Positions 38,922 through 50,735 of a DNA stretch of 64,000 nt are shown one piece after another. The position numbers were made by a program, and so were the translations under genes. Origin of the DNA: Podarcis gaigeae (lineage: Eukaryota); the NCBI GenBank assembly GCA_964106915.2, contig OZ066918.1; one strand, written 5' to 3'. The number at the start of each line of letters is the position of its first letter. Position 1 is the stretch's first letter. The notes under the pieces were generated by a model, which was not told where the DNA came from, searched no databases, and was given only the letters and a program-made list of their open reading frames with translations.

Positions 38922-39914
38922 GGAGCAAACTACTATGCATTGCCGTTTGAACATACACAGCATGTACAGTCTTAAGAATCCTATGCTGCTACTAATGGTA
39001 GGTTACTGGTGTCAAAAGGTATTTATTGTAATGCCTTTAAATTGTAATGCATTTGCATTTATTTGGTTGGACCAGGGAAGATCTTGTTCTTAGACCAAAG
39101 ACTTGCACAAAATTGCTTGTAAGCTATAGGATTGGATAGATTGAAAAGGCTGAAAACATCATGAGTACCATCTTCCTTTCCCAATGAAGCATCTAGCACG
39201 CCCTTAGACCTCTAATTGCATACCAGCATGACCCACTACAAGCATCAAACAATATAAAATATTACTTGGAATAGTTAGGTGCTTAGTGGTTCAGGTATGT
39301 TTTAGTACCTGCTTTGAAATCTATGGCAAAAAAAATCTCTTAAAGTTGTATTCAGACATGAGTTACATTGTTCCCCCATATAGTAAGCCTGCAATTTATG
39401 CACATTTTATTTATGCACTTTCAGCTTTATGTGCTGGAAAAAAATGGAAAAAATAAAAATGGAAAGAGGATGGATGTCCAAGAAAAAAGACTTTGGCAAC
39501 CCCACCCACCATTGAACTCAATGTGTTTTGACTCTACACAATTTTTGGTTTTAGGCACACTTTCCAGAATGTAACCCCAGTGTAAACTGCAGACTTAAAA
39601 TTACAAGCAAATGCCAGTCATAGTATGAGAACTAATTAGAGCTGTAGCCTCAGTCAACTTCGGTCAACGACAAAACTATCCACCATTTGATTTGATGCAT
39701 TTATACCCAAAGGACAATTGGGTGACCATTTGGGCTATGTGAATAGACCATTTACTCTTCAGTAATCCAGTTTTTATTATGAGAATAACTATTCCATTCA
39801 GGTTAGTGATTTGGGGGTAGACTGCTTTTTCATTCTCATAGAATAATCAGCAATGCCACCTCCAATATTATTGACCAAGTATACTTATATAGTCACCTCT
39901 TTGTCTTTCTACAG

Positions 39915-39968
39915 GTACCAAAGCAGAGTTTCAATGAATCTGTAGCTACGGAACTGTGTGTGACTGGG
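39915..39968 (+). CDS. GFRA1: GFRA1 penultimate coding exon (54 nt): VPKQSFNESVATELCVTG
   Basis: ctctttgtctttctacag|GTACCA acceptor and ACTGGG|gtaaga donor. It is a 54-nt phase 0-0 exon, and NESV.TELC resembles the recalled bird GFRa1 stalk, including an N-glycosylation sequon. Confidence 0.9.
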
Positions 39969-40602
39969 GTAAGATTTTTCACCTTGTTGTGGCAATTGCT
40001 ACTAGCAAAAATATTCCTTTGAATAAAGTTTTTGAAGCCTTTCTTCTAAGAGGGCTAGAGGTTACACCCTACAGAGATTGTGGAGGCAAATCCTGCCCCA
40101 TCCTATATTGTTGTAGTTAGTTCTGATAGCAGTGGCAGCCTCGAGTTCAGTCCCTCTTACTGATTAATCTGCAAGTCCTGCCAAAATAGACAATGCTCGG
40201 AAGCAAATGCAGCAGCAAAGTATAGCTTATAAGACCCCCAGGTCCTCCTGACCTTAGTCGTCCAAAACAATTATTGCCTTTAATGAATTCATCAGAATTT
40301 TCAGTAATTGTATATTATTATACAATAGCATAGTATGCCCAGTTGGTGTTAACCCATGACATGGACTGCTCAGTGGTGGTTCTCCCTTTGACAAATACCC
40401 TTCTTGGTGAGGTGTGTCTGTCTCCCTCATTACTGACATTTCCTGTTTACCTAGGCATTTGATAGCTGAAAGCTACTAATCCTGGCAACATTGAAATCAC
40501 TGGCTGTGAGAATGTGATTTCTTTTAGAATGTTTTGATGATGATGATGTGTTTGCCTCTCTGGGCTCCTTTTGGAGGAAGGGTGGAATGTAGATGGAAAT
40601 AG

Positions 40603-40686
40603 CAACAACAAACAACAACATTATTATCTTCAACAACAACAACATTATTATTATTATTATTAGTAGTAGTAGTAGTAGTAGTAGTA
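40603..40686. repeat. Compound trinucleotide microsatellite (CAA)n/(ATT)n/(AGT)n
   Basis: Direct inspection. Confidence 0.9.
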
Positions 40687-41432
40687 TTGGTTAGGCGGCT
40701 TAGATCCATGTCCAGAATTGCCATTCACCTTCAGCCATGTAGCAGAAAGATAATTGCATTTTTAATTCTTAGGAAGTATGTAATTTTCAGGTCACATGAT
40801 AATTACCCTTTATCTATGAAACGTAATGAACTGATAATCTGCAGGAACATGGCTCTTAGCAAGACCCTTAAGCATAGTCGATCAGATTTTATGGCTGACA
40901 GAATACTGATCTTGAATAAATGAAATGACAGTTGCTTAAACCATGCCAGGAACAGGATTGGCCATTGCCTACCACTAATGCTCTCTCCTGTAACTTTTGG
41001 CCTTCACCCTTAGGTTATTCTACCACCCGACACTAGCTGAATGTACATACCCGTCAAAACATGTGTCCCCATTTGGTGGGGGGAATTGATCTTTTAAGAG
41101 TTAGATCAATTCACTAATTCTTTGGAAACCACAATATAGCTATGAATGGGTCAGAGCTTTGCAGTATTAAAAGATATAGATATAACCCTAGGTGGTGAAG
41201 CACTCCTGTCAAGGCCACTTCAGTTTTGACAGGAGCTAGTTTACTTGAAAGTGCCGGATCACATACAGAAAACCAACAAACAACTGGGCTTTCCTTTATG
41301 AAGCATAGCCTTTCCTGAATAAAAGCAGGAATGGGTAAGAGTCTGGTACCTCTATTTTATGGACATTAATACTGTGGGCATCACTAGGACATAAATTCCA
41401 GTCTCTAACTCTCTTACGACTATGTGCTAAAT

Positions 41433-41753
41433 CAGGGGTGGTGAAACGCAGGCCCAGCCAGCTGTGCCTTTTGATATGCCCCACAGGAGTTTCCCCAGGC
41501 TACAATTGTCACTGGCTCCGCTTTGCAAGCTCTGTGAGCCTTTTTGCCTGGCTGAACTGTTTACTTAAGAACTGATAATACTTCTTGCTTGTCTGGATGG
41601 TGACTATAGAGAGGTGTGTGAGTGTGTGTAGACAATTAGCCTATGGTACAAAGGTAAAGCTTACATTAGCTGCCCCACTCCTCACTGACATGAGTCCCCA
41701 AGGTTGTCCAGAAGGGAATCAGCCCCTGGGCTGAAAAAGGTTCCTCTCCTCTA
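41433..41753. mobile_element. hAT-type non-autonomous transposon
   Basis: CAGGGGTGGTGAAAC start and aaaaggttcctctcctcta end. Degenerate 8-bp TSD tgctaaat / tcctgtat. Confidence 0.55.
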
Positions 41754-42010
41754 TCCTGTATGGGTTATGTCATTCTCCTGCAAGGCGAGGTCTACCTTGA
41801 CATTGAGTCTTTCTCGGTGGCCTTACCAATGTGGCCTCAGTATCCTACATCAGTACCTGCACAGCAAACTAATGAGTCTCTTTAAAATACAATCTTTTTA
41901 AAAAATTGTTTTTTTGAAAAAGCTTTGCTTACTATCTCAAATCACACTTGGAAGTCTCAACCTCCTTTGTATAGAATAAGGGTTAAGATACAACCTTGAT
42001 AGAAGGCTTT

Positions 42011-42011
<1 letters not shown>

Positions 42012-42054
<43 letters not shown>
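42012..42054. repeat. (TAT)14 microsatellite
   Basis: Direct inspection. Followed by a pyrimidine-rich tract and AATAAA at 42163, possibly a LINE 3'UTR remnant. Confidence 0.95.
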
Positions 42055-42376
42055 TTCTTCCTCCTCCTCTCCCTCTCCCCTTTGTTCTCTTTTTTAATCT
42101 TTTCTCTTTTATTTTTATTTAGATTAGTTTAGCTTTTATTGTATTCTGTGTTGAAAACTTGCAATAAAAAAGTTGATTATCGGATCACACTGAAGGTAAC
42201 GAGTATTACTAGAAGTTTCCGCCCCACGCCAAGACTTTCTGGATCACTTCATTCTAGTGAAGCTGCCTAAGTAGCTTGCAGGCGCAGCAAAGTAGGGATC
42301 ATTGAAGAGCATTGAAAAGATGCAAAGATATGCAGGTGAAAATTTGGTGACCAAAGGAAATGATTCTGTTTTGCAG

Positions 42377-42547
42377 AATGCTCTTGGGAAAGGAAGCGTG
42401 GCAGGCGGCTCCACTAGTCACATGTCCTCTGACAATTCATCTCCTCTTCGTATAAGCATCCAGCCAAGCACACTTCTCATGCTGGTGGCAATTGCACTCT
42501 CATCTTGCTTGTGCCCACGTTCATCAGAAACCTCATATCTGCTTTAA
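42377..42547 (+). CDS. GFRA1: GFRA1 last coding exon with GPI-anchor signal: NALGKGSVAGGSTSHMSSDNSSPLRISIQPSTLLMLVAIALSSCLCPRSSETSYLL*
   Basis: ttctgttttgcag|AATGCT acceptor in phase 0. An STSH.SS small-residue region is followed by the hydrophobic LLMLVAIAL stretch and an ETS ending as in GFRa1. Stop TAA at 42545-42547 (3' part of ORF 42302..42547). Confidence 0.92.
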   Translation, partial: NALGKGSVAGGSTSHMSSDNSSPLRISIQPSTLLMLVAIALSSCLCPRSSETSYLL

Positions 42548-43945
42548 CAAAAGGACTTGTACAAAGAAAAGGAAATAAAATGAAGTTGATTTGTTCCCTG
42601 TCCTCCTCTGTTAATTGTTCTGATATAAAAGTTCTAGGAGCTAAGTTGAAGCACTTTGCTTTAAAAAAAAAAAAGTTCTGGATTGTCATCCCCGTCTTCA
42701 TTATATTATATCATATTATATTATAATTTCCTAATTTTTAAAGGACGCTTCTTGTGTTACTTAGGAGCCTTGTGAAATACTTGATGCAGTATTACATTCC
42801 AAACCTGGAAGGCTTTGGGACATGCAATGTTTTAAAAGAGATGGAATGTCAATTTGCATGTAAATCATCCAGATTTCATCCTTTCCTTTCTTTCTTGTTT
42901 TCCTTGTCCTCGCCTTTAAAAAAAATCAAAAAAATCTGCCCAATAAAAAAGAGGCCATGTAGCTTAGAATCCTGCTTCTCTCATTTGCAGCACAATTAGC
43001 CAGGAAGTTCTCCTGTGCAAGACCCATTGTAATAAAGGGGATCTCAGCCAGAGCATTTGAGTGCTTTTGTGCAGTTTCCAATTATTTCAGTGTAAGATGA
43101 GAGCAAAGACACACCTTAGCTGAAATCAGTTCCAAAGCCAAAGTCATGGCTTCCAGTTGGAGTGGAGCTGCTTTCAAAGGGGATCCAGGATACCCTTGAT
43201 TTTTCTGACAGGTTTTGGGCCCTTTCCATAAATATTTGCTATGTGGACCTCACAAAGACGTGGCTGCCTGGGAAGTCTCCTGCATACTGAGGAGGCAGCA
43301 GTCTTGTCACCTGCTCCCTTGGCAGACCAGAGACCTCTAAGAAGACAAGGGAGGCCTTGCATAAAGAATTTCCTGGTGGATTTTGGCCTTGACTGTTTTT
43401 AATTGTTATTATTATTGTCAAATTAAACATATTTTGAAGTATATATATTAAAACGGGATCAGGCTGTTGACATATGATGAATGTCTTCCTGGAGTGTGAA
43501 TTTTATGAAACTTCTTCGTGTTTATAGATGGCTACCAATGTTTTAATGTTTTAGCATTCTCTTCCATGTTTATATATGTAAGTGGTTTTGCAGTCCTTGC
43601 TGTGAAACCATTGTAAGTCATATACCAATGTAATACACGTTTTCTTCAAAATTTCTGAAGAAATAGAGAGCGATATTAAACTTTCTAACACTGCTTTTAT
43701 TTTTCTGATTATGATCATTTAGCCATGACAAAAAGTAAAAAAGAAAAGAAAAACATATCCTATATTAACAAGAAACAACCATTGTGAATATTTCAGTAAC
43801 CTAAAATTCTTTTATCTTTCTGAGGATATATTTTAAAAAAGACAGAAAAGTTCAGCTATACAACTGTTGGTCTTCTTTATTGTAATTATACAGTTTAGTT
43901 ATTTTACTGTTGATTGAATAAAAATGACATGAATCTTAATTATTC
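42548..43945 (+). other. GFRA1: GFRA1 3'UTR (probable extent)
   Basis: No recognisable transposon; AU-rich. The proximal part (42740-42840, GCTTCTTGTG...TGATGCAGT...CCAAAC...GAAGGCTTTGGGA) resembles the mammalian GFRA1 3'UTR as recalled. The 3' end is inferred from the distal AATAAA. Confidence 0.6.
43917..43922 (+). promoter_or_regulatory. Probable distal poly(A) signal of GFRA1
   Basis: AATAAA preceded by U-rich sequence and TGTA (43881). Other AATAAA hexamers at 42574, 42942 and 43031 are possible proximal sites. Confidence 0.5.
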
Positions 43946-44342
43946 TAAAGAAACACCATTATCTGCCTATATTTGCTTCTGGGGAAAGAGGTACAATATA
44001 AAACTTTGGCCATTTTCAGTTCCTTGCCCAAATACAGGAAACAACAAGCACAGCAGATGGCTAGAAGGTATTGCTCCATTTTCTTCCACACAGACAGAGG
44101 TGTGGGTGTTGCTTGACCTTCTACGTGCCGTGCTGGATTGCAGAACATGGAGCTTCCAAATAGCTGATTATTTCACATGCTCAGTATATCTGATGTAGTA
44201 ACTAGTACAATCTTTGAGCTGAGGTATTCCTGCAGACATAATGGAGATCCAACAGCTGATTGGATATACTAAGTGTGTTAATTTGGCACCCAGTGGTAAT
44301 GTTCCATATGGACTGTGTTAGGACATCTGAACTAGATCTAGT

Positions 44343-44469
44343 GTAGCTATGGGGAACCTGTGTCTCACCTGATATTGCTGGACTACAATTCCCCTCAACC
44401 CTGATCATTGACCATGATGGCTGGGACTGATGGGAGGGAGTGCAACATCTGAAGAGCAATCCATCTCTG
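44343..44469. mobile_element. Short hAT-like non-autonomous element
   Basis: ggggaacctgtg...gctggactacaattccc...tggctgggactgatgggag...caacatctg. Confidence 0.55.
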
Positions 44470-44629
44470 TTCTACTGCAACAAGGGTAAATTGGTGTTCG
44501 TGTGGAGGCAGCACCCATTTTCTTCAAATGTATAGTGGAAAAACTATAACATGATCCAGAAATCGGTAGAAAGGGGCCACAGTGAGCATGAATTAGTGAC
44601 AGAACTGAGATGACTCATCTTACTACCAT

Positions 44630-45307
44630 GTGGAGGACTCCCTGGTCCTGAATGGGGTAACTGTGCCCCTGAAGGACCCGGTGCACAGCCTGGAAGTCAT
44701 TCTGGACTCACAGCTGTCCATGGAGGCGGTCAATTCTGTGTCCAGGGCAACTGTTTACCAGCTCCATCTTGTACGCAGGCTGAGACCCTATGTGCCCGCG
44801 GACTGTCTCGCCAGAGTGGTGCATGCTCTGGTTATCTCTCGCTTGGACTACTGCAATGTGCTCTATGTGGGGCTACCTTTGAAGGTGACCCGGAAACTAC
44901 AACCAATCCAGAATGCGGCAGCTAGACTGGTGACTGGCAGCGGCCGCCGAGACCATATAACACCGGTCTTGAAAGACCTACACTGGCTCCCAGTACGTTT
45001 CCAAGCACAATTCAAAGTGTTGATGCTGACCTTTAAAGTCCTAAACGGCCTCGGTGCAGTATACCTGAAGGAGTGTCTCCACCTCCATCGTTCTGCCCGG
45101 ACACTGAGGTCCAGCGCTGAGGGCCTTCTGGAGGTTCCTTCGCTGCGAGAAGTGAGGTTACACGGAACCAGACAGAGGGCTTTCTCGGTAGTGGCACCCG
45201 CCCTGTGGAACGCCCTCTCATCAGATGTCAAAGAGAAAAATAACTACCAGACTTTTAGAAGACATCTGAAGGCAGCCCTGTTTAGGGAAGCTTTTAATGT
45301 TTAATAG

Positions 45308-45358
<51 letters not shown>
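44630..45358 (+). mobile_element. Young 5'-truncated L2 LINE (ORF2 C-terminal 224 codons, still open) with (ATT)n tail
   Basis: HALVISRLDYCNVLYVGLP...QNAAARLV...HITPVLKDLHWLPV...RAFSVVAPALWNAL...LKAALFREAF is the L2 post-RT region. (TTA)n tail at 45309-45358. Confidence 0.93.
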
Positions 45359-45359
<1 letters not shown>

Positions 45360-45511
45360 TAAGTGGGATTCTGCTATGACAGAGACAACTATTTTAGTGC
45401 AACCCAGTGAGGCAGATATATATGTTAGCTATTTACAATGACCAATAATTGTCATGTGTAACTGATTGGCGGAGAGTTCTGCTTTTATTTGCCTCGCACA
45501 AAGTGACTAAG

Positions 45512-45600
45512 GCAGCAATCCTGTATCTACTTACATAGGATTAATCCCCACTGAACACAATGGGATTTACTTCTGCATAGATATGTATAGGATTACACTG
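45512..45600. repeat. Short palindromic squamate repeat (gcaatcct...aggattgc family)
   Basis: gcaatcctgtatctacttac...cccactgaacacaatgggatttac...tataggattac. Related copies near 26585, 35952, 48320, 54440 and 58367. Confidence 0.55.
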
Positions 45601-46263
45601 TTAATCTGTGACAACAGAAGCCAATATGTGACATTGTCACATTAACACATTTAGGATTAAGATAATTTCAGTAGACCCAAGAGAGTTTACTGCAAATTGA
45701 TACCATAGTTTGAATTGTAAAGCACTAAGAGTAGCAGGCAAAGTATCAAGTTTCTTTTCAAAAACAAAAACAAAATCCCAACAGTAGTCATTTGCTTCCA
45801 GCTCATGGGACTGCTGCCATGAAAGGTTTGAAAGATCAGAGCCTTGCATGGTTTAAAGGATTTTATTTGCTATATTGCCCTTGTACATGATTCAAGTCAT
45901 TTTGATTTTCATTCTTTGAGACTGACTCTCTATGAAAGATCAGGAGGATGTTGTTTAGTGTCTAAAAGAGATTCCTGAAGCCTTCAGATATCATCAGATA
46001 GGCAGCACTTGTCCTAAGGACTGTCTATATTCTGAATCTGGTGGCTTGGTGGCACTTAAAGTAAAGGAGTAGTGGCTACATTATCAACAATGATTAGCTT
46101 TTGATGTTATTAAAAGTGGGAGACAGCTACCCAAGACAAATGAATTCATTATTTTCCATTTAGTTTGTCATGTTTCCAAGAACTGCATGGCATATCAAGC
46201 TGTGCTTGAATTTCCAGATGTATTAAATATTTTTAAAAGACAATTCTATATCAGATGGGTGGG

Positions 46264-46264
<1 letters not shown>

Positions 46265-46306
<42 letters not shown>
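46265..46306. repeat. (AAT)14 microsatellite
   Basis: Direct inspection. Confidence 0.97.
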
Positions 46307-46307
<1 letters not shown>

Positions 46308-46418
46308 TAAGTATTCTGGAATAATTTCAGACCCACTAAACATCACAGAACATACAACCATACTTATTTTAAAGTGATGAGATACTACAAATGGCTTTTC
46401 AATAATGTTTAAAACTTA

Positions 46419-46858
46419 CCGTATTCTTCGGCCCATAGGGCGCACCGGCCCATAGGGTGCACCTAGTTTTTTTGGGGGGGAAATAAAGGGAAAAAAATTA
46501 TTTTCCCCCCCAGGCGCGGGGCTGGGCCGGGGGAAGCCCGAGCTTCCCCCGACCCCAGCCCCCAGAACAGGCAGCTCTCCACAAATCGTGGGAGAGCTGC
46601 GCAACTTCTCACAGCCCTCCCACGGCTTGCAGAGAGCTGCGCAAAGCCCGAAGCCTGGGGGGCACTGAGCTCAGAAGTCGCGCAGCTCTCCACAGCTTGC
46701 GGATAGCTTCCTGAAGCTTGGAGAGCGAGAGGGGTCGGTGCGCACCGACCCCTCTCGCTCTGCAGGCTTCAGCGAAAGCCTGCATTTGCCCCATAGGCAC
46801 ACATTTCCCCTTCATTTTTGGAGGGGAAAAAGTGCGCCCTATAGGGTGAAAAATATGG
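46419..46858. mobile_element. Tc2/pogo-type MITE, 440 bp, CpG-rich
   Basis: TA|CCGTATTCTTCGGCCCATAGGGCGCAC ... GTGCGCCCTATAGGGTGAAAAATATGG|TA. Confidence 0.88.
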
Positions 46859-48092
46859 TATTTTTGCAAAACAATAATTAGGGCTATTGTACACATTGAC
46901 ATTACTTGTTTTCAGGGGCAGAAAATGTTAGCTCCAAGTGCATCAACAACAGTTTGAAGATAAATGTTTCACATGGGTACAATTGTTTGAAAGCCAGGAT
47001 TGGCTGTGGCACCCTGTCAAGAGTATATTTGAAAAATCTGGCTTTGTGCTGTATAATGTGTGAATAACCCATGGGGGAAACTATTACCAGTCAACTTTAG
47101 TGTATTTTTCCATGTAGAAACTAATCAAAAAATTGCCTGGGGAGGGGGTAGTGACAACATCAGATGGTTTAATATCCACAACTATAATTCCTTGTAATGG
47201 TTTTAATGAGTTATTTATACACGTGACTTTTTTTACTTTAAGTAGCAAAAACTTGGCATTTCCCCTCCATGCATGCGGCAATACTGATCTACATGTGGAA
47301 CAAGACTTGAACACAGAGAAGATTCAGGAGAATAGTCTACAGACACACAAGACTGCTGTGTCGGAAGCAACCACCACAAGTGGATAGGGGTATATGTTGA
47401 CGGATGCTATTGTGTTCAGCAAAGAAGGTCTACCATTTGTGTGTGAATTCAGGCAGCCACTAGCCCCTCTTTCCACCAGACATGTTGTTGGTTTTATCAA
47501 TGATGACAGTGCTGATCATACTTTTGGCAAGGCAGATCCTTGAATAAAGGTAGGATATTTGTATCCTGTTCCTAGACTCTCCTGAATTCTGGATCAGGGC
47601 CAATATCCACACCAATTATTGTTAACTCCAATATAGTGAATTACTTATTCTAAATAAATGGCCTGGACATTGACTGAAATTTATTTCCCCACAACATCTC
47701 TGGATAAATGCAGAGATTTATTATTATTATTATTAGTTGACTAAGCATGGACAATGTCAATATAGCAAGGTGACCTTGTCAACATAGTCATTATCTACAG
47801 CACTGAAGTAAGCAAATTGTTCCTTTTTTATTTTTTGCCTGCTTCCATCTACTCTAATTGCACGTATTGAGTGCCCAGCAAACAAAATAACATTTGATTT
47901 TGTGTTCATAAGTTCTCACTGTGCATGTCTGTTAGCTATAGAAAATGCATGCTGCACAAAGACAGTTAAGAATGCAAGCACCTTTGCATGGTGATGACGG
48001 CCTGTATTGGTCTAAGCTGATATTAAGGACAGGGAAGCCAAAACCATTTTAATGTTTTAACTTTCATTGTAAGAAAGTACTGTCATTTCAAA

Positions 48093-48246
48093 CTGCATAC
48101 ACATTGTACTTTTAAAGCACATTTCCTCTTCTCCCAATGAATGATAGGAGGTGTAGTTTGTTAAGGGTCCTGGGAATTGTAGCTCTGTGAGGGGTAAATT
48201 ACAGTTGCCGGGACTGGGGCTTTAAATGTATGGTATGTATGCAGCC
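48093..48246. mobile_element. Harbinger-like MITE
   Basis: Inverted ends ctgcatacacattgtacttttaaagc / gctttaaatgtatggtatgtatgcagcc. Confidence 0.65.
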
Positions 48247-48642
48247 TCAGTATCCCCATCAGCATTTCTGCATGATAGTTTCTCAGATTTGCAAATGCAC
48301 CGCTTGCTCCAATAAGGCTAGGGACCCCTACCTACATCATTGAACTCAACGGGACTTACTTCTGAGTAGACAAAAGCAGGCAGGATTGCACTATAGTTCA
48401 TATATTTAGCTGCAAGAGGTGCTTCAGACATTCTATACAAGTAAGGGAAATAAGAAGTACAGATGCATAATTGGATAAAAACCATGCACTTTGTGATGCT
48501 TTCTGGGGGCTGCAGCTCCAAGCAGATATTTATAATTACATAAGTTCTGTAAAACATTAAAGTTTATGAGGGCCATCATTTTGGGAAACAAATTAACACT
48601 TTAAATTAACACTCCATGAACGTGCTCCAAGATTGTGAAGTA

Positions 48643-48882
48643 CAGTGGAACCTTGGGTTACAGATGCTTCAGGTTACGTGATTTCGGGTTGCGCACCGCG
48701 CCGAAGTACCGGAACGGGTTACTTCCAGGTTTCGGTGCGTGCGCAGAAGCGCTAAATCACACTTTGCACATGCACTGAATTGCGACCCGTGCGTGTGCAG
48801 ACCCGGTGCTGCAAGTTGCGAACGCTGCGGGTTGCAAACGTGCCTCCCGCATAGATCACGTTCGCAACCCGAGGTTCCACTG
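48643..48882. mobile_element. Tigger/pogo-type MITE, 240 bp
   Basis: TA|CAGTGGAACCTTGGGTT ... AACCCGAGGTTCCACTG|TA. CpG-rich. Confidence 0.9.
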
Positions 48883-50735
48883 TATTAGAGAAATGTATAG
48901 AAAACTACTATAGCTGTGGGAAGAAAAGGAGAACCAGCATCCTTTTTCCAAATGCATTCCATCTTGTGCCTTGCAAATTGTGATTTTCTTTCCCCTAATT
49001 AATGTTTCTCAAATGAGGCCAGGAGGATGCTTGGGAACAATTCGAATCCTATGAGAAGCTATTTTCCCAAACAGTTGAATATTGAATTCAACAACAGCAA
49101 TTCAGGATAAGGATTTGAGAAAGGAAAGAGGAATGGAACATAATAAAGAAAATTGATTTTGTAAGAAGTTGTTTATTGTTGGTGGGTGTGCGAAAAGTCA
49201 GAATAGCACCAGTGTCCATCCTCAACTAGTGTGTGGTGAGAGGTTTTGTGAGAGGAATAAGAGTCATAATGGAGGAGTATGAATAGCTTGCTTGCTTGGT
49301 TGGTTAGACGAGCAGGTGGGTCTGTACCCACCCCCACCCTGCCCCCCAAAAAACATTGCTAACAAACCTGATACTCTGGGATACATTTCCTCTTAAAATT
49401 AATAGTCAAGAGTGAGTCAGTAAAACTGTCCCTCTTTGCACCAGTTTAGAGTACCAGGCATGCTTGTATATACATAGAGGGAGATCGCCAGTTATGTCAA
49501 AGGAGGCAATTGATCCATCTGTGCAAAGCGATGCACATGGGGATTGGCTCCCTCTGCTATAATGGATGTTGGAGCTCCAGCATCAGATAGCTGGATCAGA
49601 GCACCTTACTAATTCCTACTTAAATGGCTCCAATATTATGGCTTGGCATTTCCCTCTAATTGCTGACTGAATGCAAACAGTTCAGGTTTGCTGGAAAATT
49701 CAACATGCTCATTTTTCTCCTAAAAATTGCTCTGTCTTTCCAGCTCTTACTTATTTACTTCTAAATGCTCTGAATAAAATATTATGGCAAACAACCTTTA
49801 ACTAGCCAGCTCTTCATATACCTGGGGGCCAAGAGATCCCAGCAGTCATTATCTGCCCTCCTGCATTATGCATTCCTCAGATTCCAGACAATGTATGCTA
49901 ACCCACCACTTTCCACAACATCACCTCAAATAGATTTGCTTGTGATGAACTTGGCAGAAAATTAATCCAGTTGACTGTGAAGGATTTCTCATCTTTTAAA
50001 TATTTGCTTTCGCTTACCAGCTCACTTCCTCCTATGACATTTCAATTAGCGGCCATTCAGAGTCTCTCTGACTTTGGAAGGTCATTTTACTTTTGTTCCT
50101 TCTTGTTGCATTTTCCCTCTCAAAAGTTAGCTTGGCATTCCCTCCCCCTTTCTCCACATTTTATTCTTTTTATGGAACGGAAATTTGATCAAGTCCATCA
50201 ACATCTTAATTTAAAGGCTCTCTGATCAAAAGCCTGTGAAAACATGGCTGCAAAGAGGGGGAGGGAGCTGGGGACACTTGCCACGGGCCTTGGATGGCTA
50301 AGCTGGCCAGGGGGCCCTGCCAAGGGCCTACCAAACTTATGGTGTCATGCCAAGAATGCCCTGTGTCTCCCAGCCGACTGGGAGCTTAATGGGCAAAATA
50401 GCCATGGGCAAGATTATCATGCCTGTCTGTATGCACTGCAAGGCTTCAACATTAAATCTGGACCTGAATTACTGTGTACTAGCATGTAGCATCAGATCAG
50501 ATTAGGTGCCACATGATGGCGCATCTTATGGACAAGACTCCTGCCCTAGGCCTCAGACAAGCTCTGTATGGGCTTGTGTAGTGATTTGCTTTGTTTTCCT
50601 CAAAATAAGACAGCTAGGCATTTTCAGCTTTCCTTTATCACTTACAATAGACTTTCATTCATATTTTATAGTAATGGTCTTCAAAACAATCTGAACTGGA
50701 ATCTGCCCTTTCTGCCACTTTAGTAATTAGTAATG

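Noticed and set aside
42302-42376. Upstream in-frame extension of the last GFRA1 exon
   Set aside because: The open frame extends into the intron, but the alternative CAG at 42335 is 41 nt upstream (out of frame) and has no pyrimidine tract.
44630-45304. 224-aa ORF as a host gene
   Set aside because: It is the C-terminal part of L2 ORF2, 5'-truncated, starting at GTG and ending in a microsatellite tail.
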